NCBI GenBank assembly: GCA_013204685.1
Contig: JABMSC010000132.1
Coordinates: forward strand, 1 to 30,152
Direction of reading: 5' to 3'
Length of the DNA: 30,152 bases
DNA from: Candidatus Omnitrophota bacterium
GTDB lineage: Bacteria; Omnitrophota; Gorgyraeia; Tantalellales; Tantalellaceae
The notes beneath the pieces were generated by a model. The model made no database searches. It saw only the letters and a list, made by a program, of their open reading frames with translations, and was not told where the DNA came from. Each line of letters starts with the position of its first letter. Position 1 is the first letter of the stretch. Made by a program: the position numbers and the translations under genes. This document shows, piece by piece, positions 1 through 9,143 of the stretch.

Positions 1-415
1 ATTTAACTCAAACATTGTATTTGTGGGTGGAGACGAGACATCCGAATACACTAAAAAGGCAGTCTCTAGCATGAAATATAACGCAGTTGACCTGACTGGA
101 ATGCTTCTTATCGGTGAACTGGCGGAGTTTCTTTCAAGGTGCAAAATATTTATATCGAACGATTCGGGTCCGGTGCACGTATCCGTAGCGGTTGGTACGC
201 CTGTTGTTGCTGTTTTCGGACGACGTGATGCAGGACTTTCTCCCGTAAGGTGGGGCCCCCTGGGTGCAATTGATGTATTTATACACAAGCCGCCGGCTTG
301 CGACCCATGCCTTGCTCATAATTGTGATAAAGATTTTGCATGTCTTAAAAGGGTTACGGTAGATGGTGTTGTTGAGGCCGCCAGCAAGATCCTTGAGGGC
401 TCCTGGATCCTTTGA
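1..415 (+). CDS. Glycosyltransferase family 9 (LPS heptosyltransferase), C-terminal part; starts before the window
   Basis: Frame is open from the window start. GT9 C-terminal motifs 'DLTGMLLIGELAEFLSRCKIFISNDSGPVHVSVAVGTPVVAVFG' and 'PVRWGP', plus a Cys cluster (CDPC..C..C). Confidence 0.85.
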   Translation, partial: FNSNIVFVGGDETSEYTKKAVSSMKYNAVDLTGMLLIGELAEFLSRCKIFISNDSGPVHVSVAVGTPVVAVFGRRDAGLSPVRWGPLGAIDVFIHKPPACDPCLAHNCDKDFACLKRVTVDGVVEAASKILEGSWIL

Positions 416-468
416 TTTGCCTTTCTTTTCACATGTAAACTTTAAAAAAGCAAGAACTTCTATTATAC

Positions 469-497
469 TTGCCCCATTCTCCCAAAGGTATTATAAT
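469..497 (+). promoter_or_regulatory. Putative sigma70 promoter for the trxA-LPS-que operon
   Basis: TTGCCC (469-474), 17-nt spacer, perfect TATAAT (492-497) in an AT-rich intergenic region. Confidence 0.55.
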
Positions 498-599
498 ATT
501 AAATTCAAGATCACGGTTTTCTGCCTTATTTAGGACCAAAAATACGACTTAATTATATCTCCTTAATTATTAATTAAGTATCAATAGAAGGAGTAACAT

Positions 600-929
600 A
601 TGGAAAACAGCTATGAAGTTGCAGTGAACGATGCGAATTTTCAAAAGGAAGTACTGGAATCAGATGTTCCGGTATTAGTTGATTTCTGGGCGGAGTGGTG
701 CGGACCATGTCGTATGATAGCTCCCGTAATAGGAGAGATAGCAGGAGAATATAATGGCAAGGTTAAGGTGTGTAAGATGAATGTTGAAGAAGGACAGCAG
801 ATAGCGTCCAATTACGGCATAATGAATATTCCTACTTTGATACTCTTTAAGAACGGCGAAGTAGTTGACAAAATTGTCGGGATTATTCCGAAAAATGATA
901 TTGCTGCAAAGATAGATGCGCAGTTATAG
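600..929 (+). CDS. trxA: Thioredoxin
   Basis: VDFWAEWCGPC active site, 109 aa, GAAGGAG RBS upstream. Confidence 0.97.
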   Translation: MENSYEVAVNDANFQKEVLESDVPVLVDFWAEWCGPCRMIAPVIGEIAGEYNGKVKVCKMNVEEGQQIASNYGIMNIPTLILFKNGEVVDKIVGIIPKNDIAAKIDAQL

Positions 930-950
930 AAGTTAAGGAGGCTAGGGCCA

Positions 951-1955
951 GTGAAAAAATATAAATATTCAACTCTGTCGGGAATAGTGAAAAGTTTTCA
1001 CAAGAAAAAGGTGATGGTAATAGGGGACCTGTTGCTTGACCAGTTTATATGGGGCGATGTCTCCCGGATTTCACCGGAAGCTCCGGTTCCTGTCGTTTGG
1101 GTGCAGAACGAGGAATTCATGCCGGGCGGTGCATGCAACGTCGCAAGTAACCTCGCGCAATTGGGGGCTGAGGTCACTCTTGTCGGTGGTGTCGGTAAAG
1201 ACGAAAAAGCAGATATCCTCCGGGAGCAGCTTGGAAAAAGAAATATATGCGCCGATGGCGTCATTACGGACGATAGTAGACCCACAATACTAAAAACGCG
1301 AGTCATTGCTCATAACCAGCAGGTGGTGCGCATTGACAGGGAAGACCTTGATAGCGTTTCAGGAAAATATCTGTCCAAAGTCGGAAGATACATCGGGAAA
1401 AATATCAAGGATGTGGATGGCGTGATAATAGAGGATTACGGAAAAGGGTTTATTACTCCTAAGCTTCTGGAGATGGTCGTCCCTCTTGCGAAAAAACACG
1501 GAAAAATCGTAGCCGTAGATCCAAAAGAAGATCACTTTTCTTATTACAAAGGCGTGAATGTCATCACTCCAAATCATCAGGAAGCTGCCGGGGCTGTCGG
1601 ATTTAAGATCGAAAATGATCAGGATCTTAAAAAGGCAGGAGAAATGCTTTTAAGAAAAAACAGGCTTGATGTTGCTCTGGTAACGCTTGGCGAAAGAGGC
1701 ATGATGGTTTTCGAGAAGGGTAAAAAACCTCGAAGAATAGAGACCCTGGCTCAGGAAGTTTATGATGTCTCCGGAGCAGGCGATACCGTAATTGCAGTAT
1801 ACACGCTGTCTATTATAAGCGGCGGATCTCCTATAATTGCCGCGCATATTGCTAATTGTGCCGCTGGTATTGTTGTGGGCAAAGTTGGTGTAGCGGTTGT
1901 TGAGGAAAAAGAATTGCTGGAAAGATTGAAACGGGAAACCGGGAGGAAGGCATAA
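951..1955 (+). CDS. rfaE1: D-glycero-beta-D-manno-heptose-7-phosphate kinase (RfaE/HldE domain I only)
   Basis: 'GDLLLDQFIWGDVSRISPEAPVPVV', 'PGGACNVA' and PfkB motif 'DVSGAGDTV'. No fused adenylyltransferase domain. GTG start with AGGAGG RBS. Confidence 0.93.
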   Translation: MKKYKYSTLSGIVKSFHKKKVMVIGDLLLDQFIWGDVSRISPEAPVPVVWVQNEEFMPGGACNVASNLAQLGAEVTLVGGVGKDEKADILREQLGKRNICADGVITDDSRPTILKTRVIAHNQQVVRIDREDLDSVSGKYLSKVGRYIGKNIKDVDGVIIEDYGKGFITPKLLEMVVPLAKKHGKIVAVDPKEDHFSYYKGVNVITPNHQEAAGAVGFKIENDQDLKKAGEMLLRKNRLDVALVTLGERGMMVFEKGKKPRRIETLAQEVYDVSGAGDTVIAVYTLSIISGGSPIIAAHIANCAAGIVVGKVGVAVVEEKELLERLKRETGRKA

Positions 1956-2734
1956 TGAAGATCGTAGCAGTTATTCCTGCAAGATGGCAGTCAACGAGGC
2001 TTAAAGGAAAAGTTCTTGCCGACATAAACGGTAAGCCCATGATACAGCATGTCTGGGAAAGGGTAAAACGCGCGCATGAGGTTGACGAAGTGATAATAGC
2101 CGTTGATAAAGAAAGGGTATTACGGGTAGCCGAATCTTTCGGCGCGAAAGCAATATTTACGTCTCCCGAGCAGCCCTCAGGAACCGACAGACTCGCGGAG
2201 ATAGCGAACGCCGTTGACGCTGATGTATATATAAACATACAGGCGGATGAGCCGCTTGTCCATCCCATGATGGTGGATGAACTTGCGCAGGTGTTCGAAT
2301 ATGAACGCAATGTTCAGATGGCGACGCTTATCAAACGTATTCACGATAAGGAAGAAATTGCCGACCCTGGTGTCGTAAAAGTGGTTGTTGACCGTAAGGG
2401 GTTTGCGCTGTACTTTTCGAGAAGTCCTATCCCCTATATTTGTGAAAGAGCAGAAGAAGAGTTTGCCGATGATCCGGATTCGCGTGACATAAGCGGAAAA
2501 TACTTTAAACACGTTGGACTTTATGCGTATACCAAGGAGTTCCTTTTTACTTATAAAAATCTTCCAAAATCCACACTGGAGTCTGAGGAAAAACTTGAAC
2601 AGCTCAGAGTCCTGGAACATGGTTATAAGATAAGGACCGTAGAAACCAGGTATGACACCATAGGGGTCGATACGGAAGAAGACCTGGAAAAGGTGAGGGG
2701 GCTTCTTGCCGGTGAAAAGAGCGAAATAAGCTAA
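1955..2734 (+). CDS. kdsB: 3-deoxy-manno-octulosonate cytidylyltransferase (CMP-Kdo synthetase)
   Basis: 'IPARWQSTRLKGKVLADINGKPMIQHV', 'SGTDR', 'QADEP', 'ALYFSRSPIP', 'EKLEQLRVLEHG'. TAATG overlap with the upstream gene. Confidence 0.96.
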   Translation: MKIVAVIPARWQSTRLKGKVLADINGKPMIQHVWERVKRAHEVDEVIIAVDKERVLRVAESFGAKAIFTSPEQPSGTDRLAEIANAVDADVYINIQADEPLVHPMMVDELAQVFEYERNVQMATLIKRIHDKEEIADPGVVKVVVDRKGFALYFSRSPIPYICERAEEEFADDPDSRDISGKYFKHVGLYAYTKEFLFTYKNLPKSTLESEEKLEQLRVLEHGYKIRTVETRYDTIGVDTEEDLEKVRGLLAGEKSEIS

Positions 2735-2748
2735 AATAAGGATATATT

Positions 2749-3570
2749 ATGAACATGAAAACAGTTAAAGTTGGAAATATCCCGGTTGGCAAAGGGAATC
2801 CTCTTGTTCTTATAGCGGGCCCCTGCGTGATCGAGTCGGCGGAAAGTGCAATGGATCATGCCAAAAGAATTAAAGAAGTTGCTGAAAAAGCGGGCATTCC
2901 GTTCATTTTTAAATCGAGTTATGATAAAGCAAACAGAAGCTCGGTGAGTTCATTCAGAGGACCCGGAGTCAAAGAGGGGCTTAAAATATTGAAAAGCATA
3001 CGCGAGGAGCTCGGAGTTCCTGTTTTAAGTGACGTACACTCGACAGATGAAGCCCGATCCGCTGCAAAAGTGCTGGATGTTTTGCAGATACCGGCATTTT
3101 TATGCCGCCAGACGGATCTATTAATTGCAGCTGCCGAAACCGGCAAACCCGTCAACGTTAAAAAAGGACAGTTTATGTCTCCACGCGAGATGACCAATGT
3201 TATGGGAAAAATAGAATCTACCGGGAACAGCAATATCCTGCTTACAGAAAGAGGCACGTCATTTGGATACAATACACTGGTTAACGATTTTCGCGGGGTT
3301 GTGCAAATGAGTGAAGCGGGATACCCGATCGTGTATGACGCGACCCACTCTGTTCAGATGCCGGGCGGCAAAGGTACCTCAAGCGGCGGAGAATCAGAGT
3401 ATATCCTTCCTCTTTCGAAAGCTGCAGTGGCTGTAGGGTGTGACGCACTCTTTGTTGAGGTTCATGAAGATCCGCAAAAAGCCATGAGTGACGGCCCCAA
3501 TATGCTGAAACTTATGGACCTTGGAAGTTATCTGGAAGAGATCAGAAAAATAGAAAAGGCGGTAAGATAA
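2749..3570 (+). CDS. kdsA: Kdo-8-phosphate synthase (Cys present: metal-dependent type)
   Basis: 'LIAGPCVIES', 'KSSYDKANRSS', 'QIPAFLCRQTDL', 'NVKKGQF', 'DATHSVQMPGG'. Confidence 0.97.
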   Translation: MNMKTVKVGNIPVGKGNPLVLIAGPCVIESAESAMDHAKRIKEVAEKAGIPFIFKSSYDKANRSSVSSFRGPGVKEGLKILKSIREELGVPVLSDVHSTDEARSAAKVLDVLQIPAFLCRQTDLLIAAAETGKPVNVKKGQFMSPREMTNVMGKIESTGNSNILLTERGTSFGYNTLVNDFRGVVQMSEAGYPIVYDATHSVQMPGGKGTSSGGESEYILPLSKAAVAVGCDALFVEVHEDPQKAMSDGPNMLKLMDLGSYLEEIRKIEKAVR

Positions 3571-3571
3571 T

Positions 3572-4531
3572 ATGAGTATGGAAATAGCAAAAAAAGTACT
3601 GATCAATGAAAGCAGGGCGGTAAAAAAACTTGTTGACCGAATAGACGGTAATTTTTCAAAGATCATTAATCTCCTGGCGAAAAGCAATGGCCGGATCATA
3701 ATTACCGGCATGGGGAAACCGGGATTCATTGCGCAGAAAGTTTCCGCGACAATGTCGTCTACCGGGACCCCTTCGCTTTACCTGCATCCTGCCGAGGCCC
3801 TTCATGGGGATCTGGGAAGGGTTACAAGCGAGGACGTTATAATCGCTTTTTCCAACAGCGGGGAAACGGAAGAGGTGATAAAACTTCTTCCTATCATCAA
3901 AAAGATAGGAGCCAAACTCATAGCTGTTGCCGGGAACAAAAAGTCGACTCTCGCACGGAATAGTGACTTTGTCATAGATAGCTCCGTAGACAAGGAGGCA
4001 TGTCCGATGGGGCTCGCACCTACCACTTCTACCACAGCCATGCTGGCCATAGGCGATGCCATTGCGGTAGCGCTTCTCGATAAAAAGAAATTCCGGGCGA
4101 AGGACTTCGCGTTATATCATCCCGGAGGAGCTTTAGGCAAGCGGCTTTTATTAAGAGTGGAAGATATTATGCGCACGAAAAATCAAACCCCGATCGTACG
4201 TGAGAACGCAAAGTTAAAAGAAGTTCTTCTGAAGATCACGAAGTTAAGAGCAGGAAGCGCAAGCGTTGTCGACGGCAAAGGTAAACTGGTAGGTATTTTT
4301 ACTGATGGCGATTTAAGGAGGCATTTTGAGGAAGAAAAGGACCTTCATAAATGCAAGGTGGGTGATGTGATGACAAAGTCTCCCACAACGATAACCCAGG
4401 ACCGCCTGGCAGCCGAAGCTTTTGAAATATTGAGAGACAAGAAAATAGACGAAATACCGGTAGTTGATAAAGAAGGGAAACCCGTAGGCATTCTGGATGT
4501 TCAGGATATTTTGAAGGCAGGGCTTGTTTAG
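3572..4531 (+). CDS. kdsD: Arabinose-5-phosphate isomerase, KpsF/GutQ family (SIS + 2 CBS)
   Basis: 'HPAEALHGDLG', 'SNSGETEE', 'EACPMGLAPTTSTT', 'HPGGALG', CBS pair 'GIFTDGDLRR'. Confidence 0.94.
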   Translation: MSMEIAKKVLINESRAVKKLVDRIDGNFSKIINLLAKSNGRIIITGMGKPGFIAQKVSATMSSTGTPSLYLHPAEALHGDLGRVTSEDVIIAFSNSGETEEVIKLLPIIKKIGAKLIAVAGNKKSTLARNSDFVIDSSVDKEACPMGLAPTTSTTAMLAIGDAIAVALLDKKKFRAKDFALYHPGGALGKRLLLRVEDIMRTKNQTPIVRENAKLKEVLLKITKLRAGSASVVDGKGKLVGIFTDGDLRRHFEEEKDLHKCKVGDVMTKSPTTITQDRLAAEAFEILRDKKIDEIPVVDKEGKPVGILDVQDILKAGLV

Positions 4532-4566
4532 TTTTAGCAGGCAGCTTTATAACTGAAAAGGAAAAC

Positions 4567-5103
4567 ATGAATAATTATTCACCCGAACTTATTGAAAAGG
4601 CCAGGAAAATCAAACTTCTTCTCTTAGACGTAGACGGGGTTCTTACTGACGGAAGGCTTACGTATTCAAGTAAGGGCGCGGAGTCAAAGCATTTTGACGT
4701 TAATGATGGTTTTGGGATGTACCTCGTAAAACAGTCCGGCATTAAGTGTATAATATTGACGGCAAAAGCTTCCCGGGCGGTCGCTAAAAGGGCAAAAGAG
4801 CTTAAGCTGGACAAAGTATACCAGAATTTTCATTTTAAAATAGAAGCGCTCGAGAAAATACGGCAGGAATTCGACATGAAAGACGAAGAGATCTGCTTCA
4901 TAGGGGATGAACTGATAGATATACCGGTACTAAAAAGAGTGGGGCTTGCTATATGCCCGCCCAATGCCGTGGAAGAGGCAAAGCGGCATGCCCATTTCAT
5001 AACAGAAAGAAGCGGTGGACGCGGAGCGGTAAGGGAAGTGTGTAACTTTCTTTTGAAAACCCAGGGAAAGTGGGATGAAGTAACCAAGAGGTACTTTGAA
5101 TAG
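4567..5103 (+). CDS. kdsC: Kdo-8-phosphate phosphatase (HAD)
   Basis: 'LLLDVDGVLTDG', 'GDELIDIP', 'GGRGAVREV', and position after kdsD. Confidence 0.93.
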   Translation: MNNYSPELIEKARKIKLLLLDVDGVLTDGRLTYSSKGAESKHFDVNDGFGMYLVKQSGIKCIILTAKASRAVAKRAKELKLDKVYQNFHFKIEALEKIRQEFDMKDEEICFIGDELIDIPVLKRVGLAICPPNAVEEAKRHAHFITERSGGRGAVREVCNFLLKTQGKWDEVTKRYFE

Positions 5104-5121
5104 GGTCATACGACAGGGTTT

Positions 5122-5484
5122 ATGTACACGATCAAGGTAAGATCAAAATTCAGCAGCGCCCACAACCTCAGGGGACATAAGGGGAAGTGTGAGGCTCTGC
5201 ACGGACATAACTGGAATGTGGAGGTCGCGGTTTCATCCGCCGAAGTGGATGATATGGGTATGGTCCTTGATTTTACGGAACTGAAAAAGATCCTGAATGA
5301 GACGACCGGAGACCTCGATCATAAATATCTTAATGAGATCGAATATTTCAAAGAGGTAAATCCGACCTCTGAGAACATAGCACGTTATGTTTATGAAAAG
5401 ATCTTATTCAAAAATCCGGATCTAAAAATTTCAGAAGTAATCGTATGGGAGACGGATACATCATCGGCCAGTTATAGCGCATAG
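5122..5484 (+). CDS. queD: 6-carboxy-5,6,7,8-tetrahydropterin synthase
   Basis: 'FSSAHNL', CxxxHGH motif 'KCEALHGHNW', 'LDHKYLN', 'NPTSENIA', 'VWET'. Adjacent to queC/E/F. Confidence 0.94.
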   Translation: MYTIKVRSKFSSAHNLRGHKGKCEALHGHNWNVEVAVSSAEVDDMGMVLDFTELKKILNETTGDLDHKYLNEIEYFKEVNPTSENIARYVYEKILFKNPDLKISEVIVWETDTSSASYSA

Positions 5485-5517
5485 AAAACTAAACACCGGG
5501 GGAATTGGGACATTATT

Positions 5518-6177
5518 GTGAAAAAGGCGATCGTACTACTATCAGGCGGAGTTGATTCAGCGGTAACACTTTATGAGGCGAAAGTTGATTACGACTGTAA
5601 GGTCCTGACATTTGATTATGGACAGAAAGCCCGGAAAGAGATAGATCACGCAAAACTCGTGGCAGAAGCGGCAGGTTGCGAATATATGGTGCTGAAAATA
5701 GATCTGCCGTGGAAGGGCAGCGCTCTTTTAGACAAAGAAAAGAAGATCCCGGAGGGAATGGAGAGTGCCGAAGGCGGGATACCGGATACATATGTACCGT
5801 CCAGAAATGTTATATTTTTAAGTTTCGGCGTTTCGTATGCTGAGGCGATCGGGGCGGAAGCAGTGTTTATAGGCGCGCATCAGATGGATTATTCGAATTA
5901 TCCGGATTGCAGGAGTGAATTTTTCGATAACTACAGAGAGACAATTCGTTACGGCACCAGAGCCGGGGTAGAGAGCCATTCAATTAAGATAGAGACCCCG
6001 GTAATAGACCGGTCTAAGAAAGAGATCGTTGAGATCGGTGATAGATCAGGTGTTCCATTTGAGTTGACATGGTCATGTTATCATGGAGATAAAAAGCCAT
6101 GCGGGAAATGCGAGTCGTGTTTATTCAGAAAACAGGCGTTTGAAGAAGCGGGGGTACCGGACCCGGGAGTGAAGTAA
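5518..6177 (+). CDS. queC: 7-cyano-7-deazaguanine synthase
   Basis: 'LLSGGVDS', 'TYVPSRN', 'YPDCR', 'TWSCY', 'CGKCESC'. Confidence 0.96.
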   Translation: MKKAIVLLSGGVDSAVTLYEAKVDYDCKVLTFDYGQKARKEIDHAKLVAEAAGCEYMVLKIDLPWKGSALLDKEKKIPEGMESAEGGIPDTYVPSRNVIFLSFGVSYAEAIGAEAVFIGAHQMDYSNYPDCRSEFFDNYRETIRYGTRAGVESHSIKIETPVIDRSKKEIVEIGDRSGVPFELTWSCYHGDKKPCGKCESCLFRKQAFEEAGVPDPGVK

Positions 6178-6181
6178 CTGG

Positions 6182-6871
6182 ATGCAAGCTAAAATATCAG
6201 AAATATTTTTATCATACCAGGGAGAAGGGCCTTTTGCGGGGAGCCGGGAGCTCTTTGTCCGGTTTTACGGATGCAACTTAAGCTGCGTGTTCTGCGATAC
6301 GATGCTCGAAAGTTATAAGTCATTTTCTAAAGAGATGCTCTTGGGCAAGATACTCGATTTTGACGATGATTACAATGAACTTGTGCTTACCGGTGGAGAA
6401 CCGCTTATGCACGCGGATTTTTTGAAAGATTTTTTGCCGCTTTTTAAAAAACACCGCGGACATGAAGTTTACCTGGAGACAAACGGTACTTTAGCGGGAG
6501 AGCTTGAAAAGGTGATAGGCGATGTTGATATAATAGCGATGGATTTCAAACTTCCGTCATCAACGGAGAATAGCAGAGAAGTATGGCTCTCTCACGAAAA
6601 GTTCATAGAAGCTGCTGAAGACAAGCAGCTCATAATTAAGGTTGTTATAACAGATTCTACGACTATTGATGATATAAAAATGATGGGCAATGTACTTGCT
6701 AAATTTAATAAAGATTTTGTAGTTATCCTGCAGCCGGTAACACCAACCGGATCGCACATTAAAGAGCCGGACGGGGAGATGCTGTTATTTTTCAAGGGCT
6801 ACGTTAATAAAGAAACCGGAAAGGATGTCAGCATATTGGGACAGGTTCATAAGTGTTTGGGAATACGGTAG
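6182..6871 (+). CDS. queE: 7-carboxy-7-deazaguanine synthase (radical SAM)
   Basis: 'EIFLSYQGEG', 'FVRFYGCNLSCVFCDT', 'TGGEPL', 'LETNGT', C-terminal 'GQVHK'. Confidence 0.93.
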   Translation: MQAKISEIFLSYQGEGPFAGSRELFVRFYGCNLSCVFCDTMLESYKSFSKEMLLGKILDFDDDYNELVLTGGEPLMHADFLKDFLPLFKKHRGHEVYLETNGTLAGELEKVIGDVDIIAMDFKLPSSTENSREVWLSHEKFIEAAEDKQLIIKVVITDSTTIDDIKMMGNVLAKFNKDFVVILQPVTPTGSHIKEPDGEMLLFFKGYVNKETGKDVSILGQVHKCLGIR

Positions 6872-6891
6872 CGTAACAAGAGAAGGAAAAA

Positions 6892-7293
6892 GTGGAAAAA
6901 GAGAAAACATACGAAGGTTTACAGGAAAACGTCCGGGATCTAAAACTTCCCGGAATTGATGTTTGGGAGAATAAGTATCCGGATAAGGAATACACAGTTA
7001 AGTTTGATACGGCGGAATTTACCTGTATCTGTCCAAAAACGGGGCTCCCTGATTTTGGGCATATATTCATCGAATATGTTCCGGATGAGTCGTGTATTGA
7101 ATTAAAATCATTCAAGGAGTATCTGGTCTCTTACCGGAATATAGGGATTTTTCATGAGCATGTCATTAACCGCATGCTGGATGACTCAGTAAGAGCATGT
7201 ACGCCCAGGCGAATGAAAGTCAGGGGGGAGTTTAACACGCGGGGAGGGATAACGACGACGGTGGAGGCGGAGTTTAAAGCTGCTAAAATATGA
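6892..7293 (+). CDS. queF: NADPH-dependent preQ0 reductase, unimodular type
   Basis: 'EFTCICPKTGLPDF', QueF motif 'ELKSFKEY', 'FHE', 'RGGI'; 133 aa. Confidence 0.94.
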   Translation: MEKEKTYEGLQENVRDLKLPGIDVWENKYPDKEYTVKFDTAEFTCICPKTGLPDFGHIFIEYVPDESCIELKSFKEYLVSYRNIGIFHEHVINRMLDDSVRACTPRRMKVRGEFNTRGGITTTVEAEFKAAKI

Positions 7294-8201
7294 AAATAAA
7301 ATACAGACGATACTACATCTACTATACCGCAAAGTTTTTTTTATCATTGGCGAGATTCGTGCCGCGTAAGATTGCTCTTTGGGTAGCTGGTTTTGCCGGG
7401 GGAGTGGGGTTTTTGCTTGTCGGAAAATATCGCCGAATAGCGGTTGATAATCTGGATGAGGTTTTTCCGGGTAACCATGCTAAAAACACAAGGATCGCAA
7501 AAGATGTTTTCAGGAACATTGCTAAGACCGGTTTAGATTGGGTAAAACTTGTATCTATGGACAAGGAAAGTGTCAAGGGCCTTGTTACTGAAACCAGCGG
7601 GTTGGAACACTTAAAGAAAGCATCTGAAGCGGGAAAAGGCGTCATTATTCTGGCGTCACATTTCGGGAATTGGGAGCTAATAACTTTTTATATTAACCTT
7701 ATTGGATTTAAGGGTGGTATTGTAGGCCGCAGGATATATTTTTATAAGTATGATAATTTTATGAGGAAATTACGCGCCAGGTTTGGTGCCGAGGTTTTTT
7801 ACAGGGATGATTCTCCCAAGAAAATGTTCGCACTTCTAAAAAGAGGTGAAGTTTTAGGCTTAGGGGCAGATCAGGATATAGATAGTGTTGAAGGGGTGTT
7901 TGTTGATTTTTTTGGCAAGCCCGCATATACGCCTACGGGACCCGTGAAGCTTGCGATGGTAACAGGAGCAACAATACTCCCATCGTTTATGATACGCAAG
8001 CCTGACAACAGCTATAAGTTTGTAGTGGAAGAGCCTATTATTGTGACGGCATCTGAAGATAAAGAGGAAGCCGTTAAGAGATGCACTCAAACCTGGACGA
8101 ATGTTCTTGAGAAATATGTCAGGCAGCATCCCGAGCAATGGGCATGGATGCATAAAAGGTGGAAAACACAGGAAACTAAAACTGGCCAGAAGGTGCAGTA
8201 G
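7290..8201 (+). CDS. Lipid A late acyltransferase, LpxL/HtrB family
   Basis: HX4D/E motif 'SHFGNWE', 'ADQD', 'VDFFGKPA', 'PEQWAWMHKRWK'. ATGA overlap with queF. Confidence 0.88.
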   Translation: MKIKYRRYYIYYTAKFFLSLARFVPRKIALWVAGFAGGVGFLLVGKYRRIAVDNLDEVFPGNHAKNTRIAKDVFRNIAKTGLDWVKLVSMDKESVKGLVTETSGLEHLKKASEAGKGVIILASHFGNWELITFYINLIGFKGGIVGRRIYFYKYDNFMRKLRARFGAEVFYRDDSPKKMFALLKRGEVLGLGADQDIDSVEGVFVDFFGKPAYTPTGPVKLAMVTGATILPSFMIRKPDNSYKFVVEEPIIVTASEDKEEAVKRCTQTWTNVLEKYVRQHPEQWAWMHKRWKTQETKTGQKVQ

Positions 8202-8216
8202 AAGGTAGAGAAGGCA

Positions 8217-9101
8217 ATGCAAAAAAAGAAAATTTACATAATAATCGTTATAGTTCTTGTCGCTTTTGTGTGGATCTATTCCGGAGTGAATAAACGCAAA
8301 ACGGAGAAAAGTCAAAAGATCGGCGAAGGGCCGAAGAGCTTTGAACAGATGAAGCAAAAGGTCCTCGGGTTTACCATAGACGGCCGCAGCTCTAAGGGGT
8401 CAAAGCAGTGGCACCTTGAGGGCAAATCCGCAGAGATAGTGGGAGACGAGATCTACCTGAAAGAGCTGACTGCCGTAGTTTACGGGGAGGATAACACCGT
8501 CAATCTTACCTCGGACACGGGTGTTTACCGTAAGGAGAAAGGTGAAGTGGATCTTGTCGGAAATGTTGTGGTTACTGCAGACCGCGGGTTTAAGCTGACG
8601 ACGGATCATGCCACCTGGTCTCAAATAACCAAAGAGATCTCCACTGATGCCTTTGTTAATATTAAGCAGGATACTCTTTCGGCTGTGGGTAAGGGTGCGA
8701 TGGCTGATTCCGATAACAGAGTTGCTGTACTCAATGAGGAAGTTACTGTTGAAATAGAACCGCATACAAGTGTGTATTGTGACGGGCCCCTTAAAGTGGA
8801 TGGCAATAAAGATGTAGCAGTTTTTCAAAATAATGTAAAAGTAGTGGATAAGGACGGTAAGCTTTTTGCTGATAAGCTTACTGTTGAGCTGGATCCCGAG
8901 ACAAAAAATATTACACGGGTCATAGCTGAGGGCAATGTGAAGGTGAAAAAGGGAAGGAGCTATACCTTAAGCGAGAAGGCTATCTATACCGACTCAACAG
9001 GAAGCGCACAGCTTATCGGCAGGCCACGGATAATAATAGACCCGGAAGAAATACAAAGTTTCGATAAATTTACCGGCACAAAAAGAATGAGTGAGAGATA
9101 A
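8217..9101 (+). CDS. lptC: LPS export protein: N-terminal TM anchor + LptC-like domain + LptA/OstA-like domain (fusion)
   Basis: KKK plus a hydrophobic helix, then an LptC-like beta-jellyroll ('LTSDTGVY..EKGEVDLVGNVVV..DRGFKLTTDHATW'). A second OstA-like unit follows ('VAVFQNNVKV..KLFADKLTV..ITRVIAEGNVKV..SEKAIY..LIGRP'). Immediately upstream of lptB. Confidence 0.78.
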   Translation: MQKKKIYIIIVIVLVAFVWIYSGVNKRKTEKSQKIGEGPKSFEQMKQKVLGFTIDGRSSKGSKQWHLEGKSAEIVGDEIYLKELTAVVYGEDNTVNLTSDTGVYRKEKGEVDLVGNVVVTADRGFKLTTDHATWSQITKEISTDAFVNIKQDTLSAVGKGAMADSDNRVAVLNEEVTVEIEPHTSVYCDGPLKVDGNKDVAVFQNNVKVVDKDGKLFADKLTVELDPETKNITRVIAEGNVKVKKGRSYTLSEKAIYTDSTGSAQLIGRPRIIIDPEEIQSFDKFTGTKRMSER

Positions 9102-9143
9102 TAGATCTACTGAACAGGTCTAATATATACGAAAGGGAAAATA

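Noticed and set aside
5104-5121. preQ1 riboswitch upstream of queD
   Set aside because: The gap is only 18 nt, with no P1 stem or A-rich tail pattern visible.
5122-7293. 7-deazaguanine DNA-modification (dpd) system
   Set aside because: No dpdA/tgt-like, helicase or restriction genes are nearby. queF and the housekeeping context fit tRNA queuosine synthesis.
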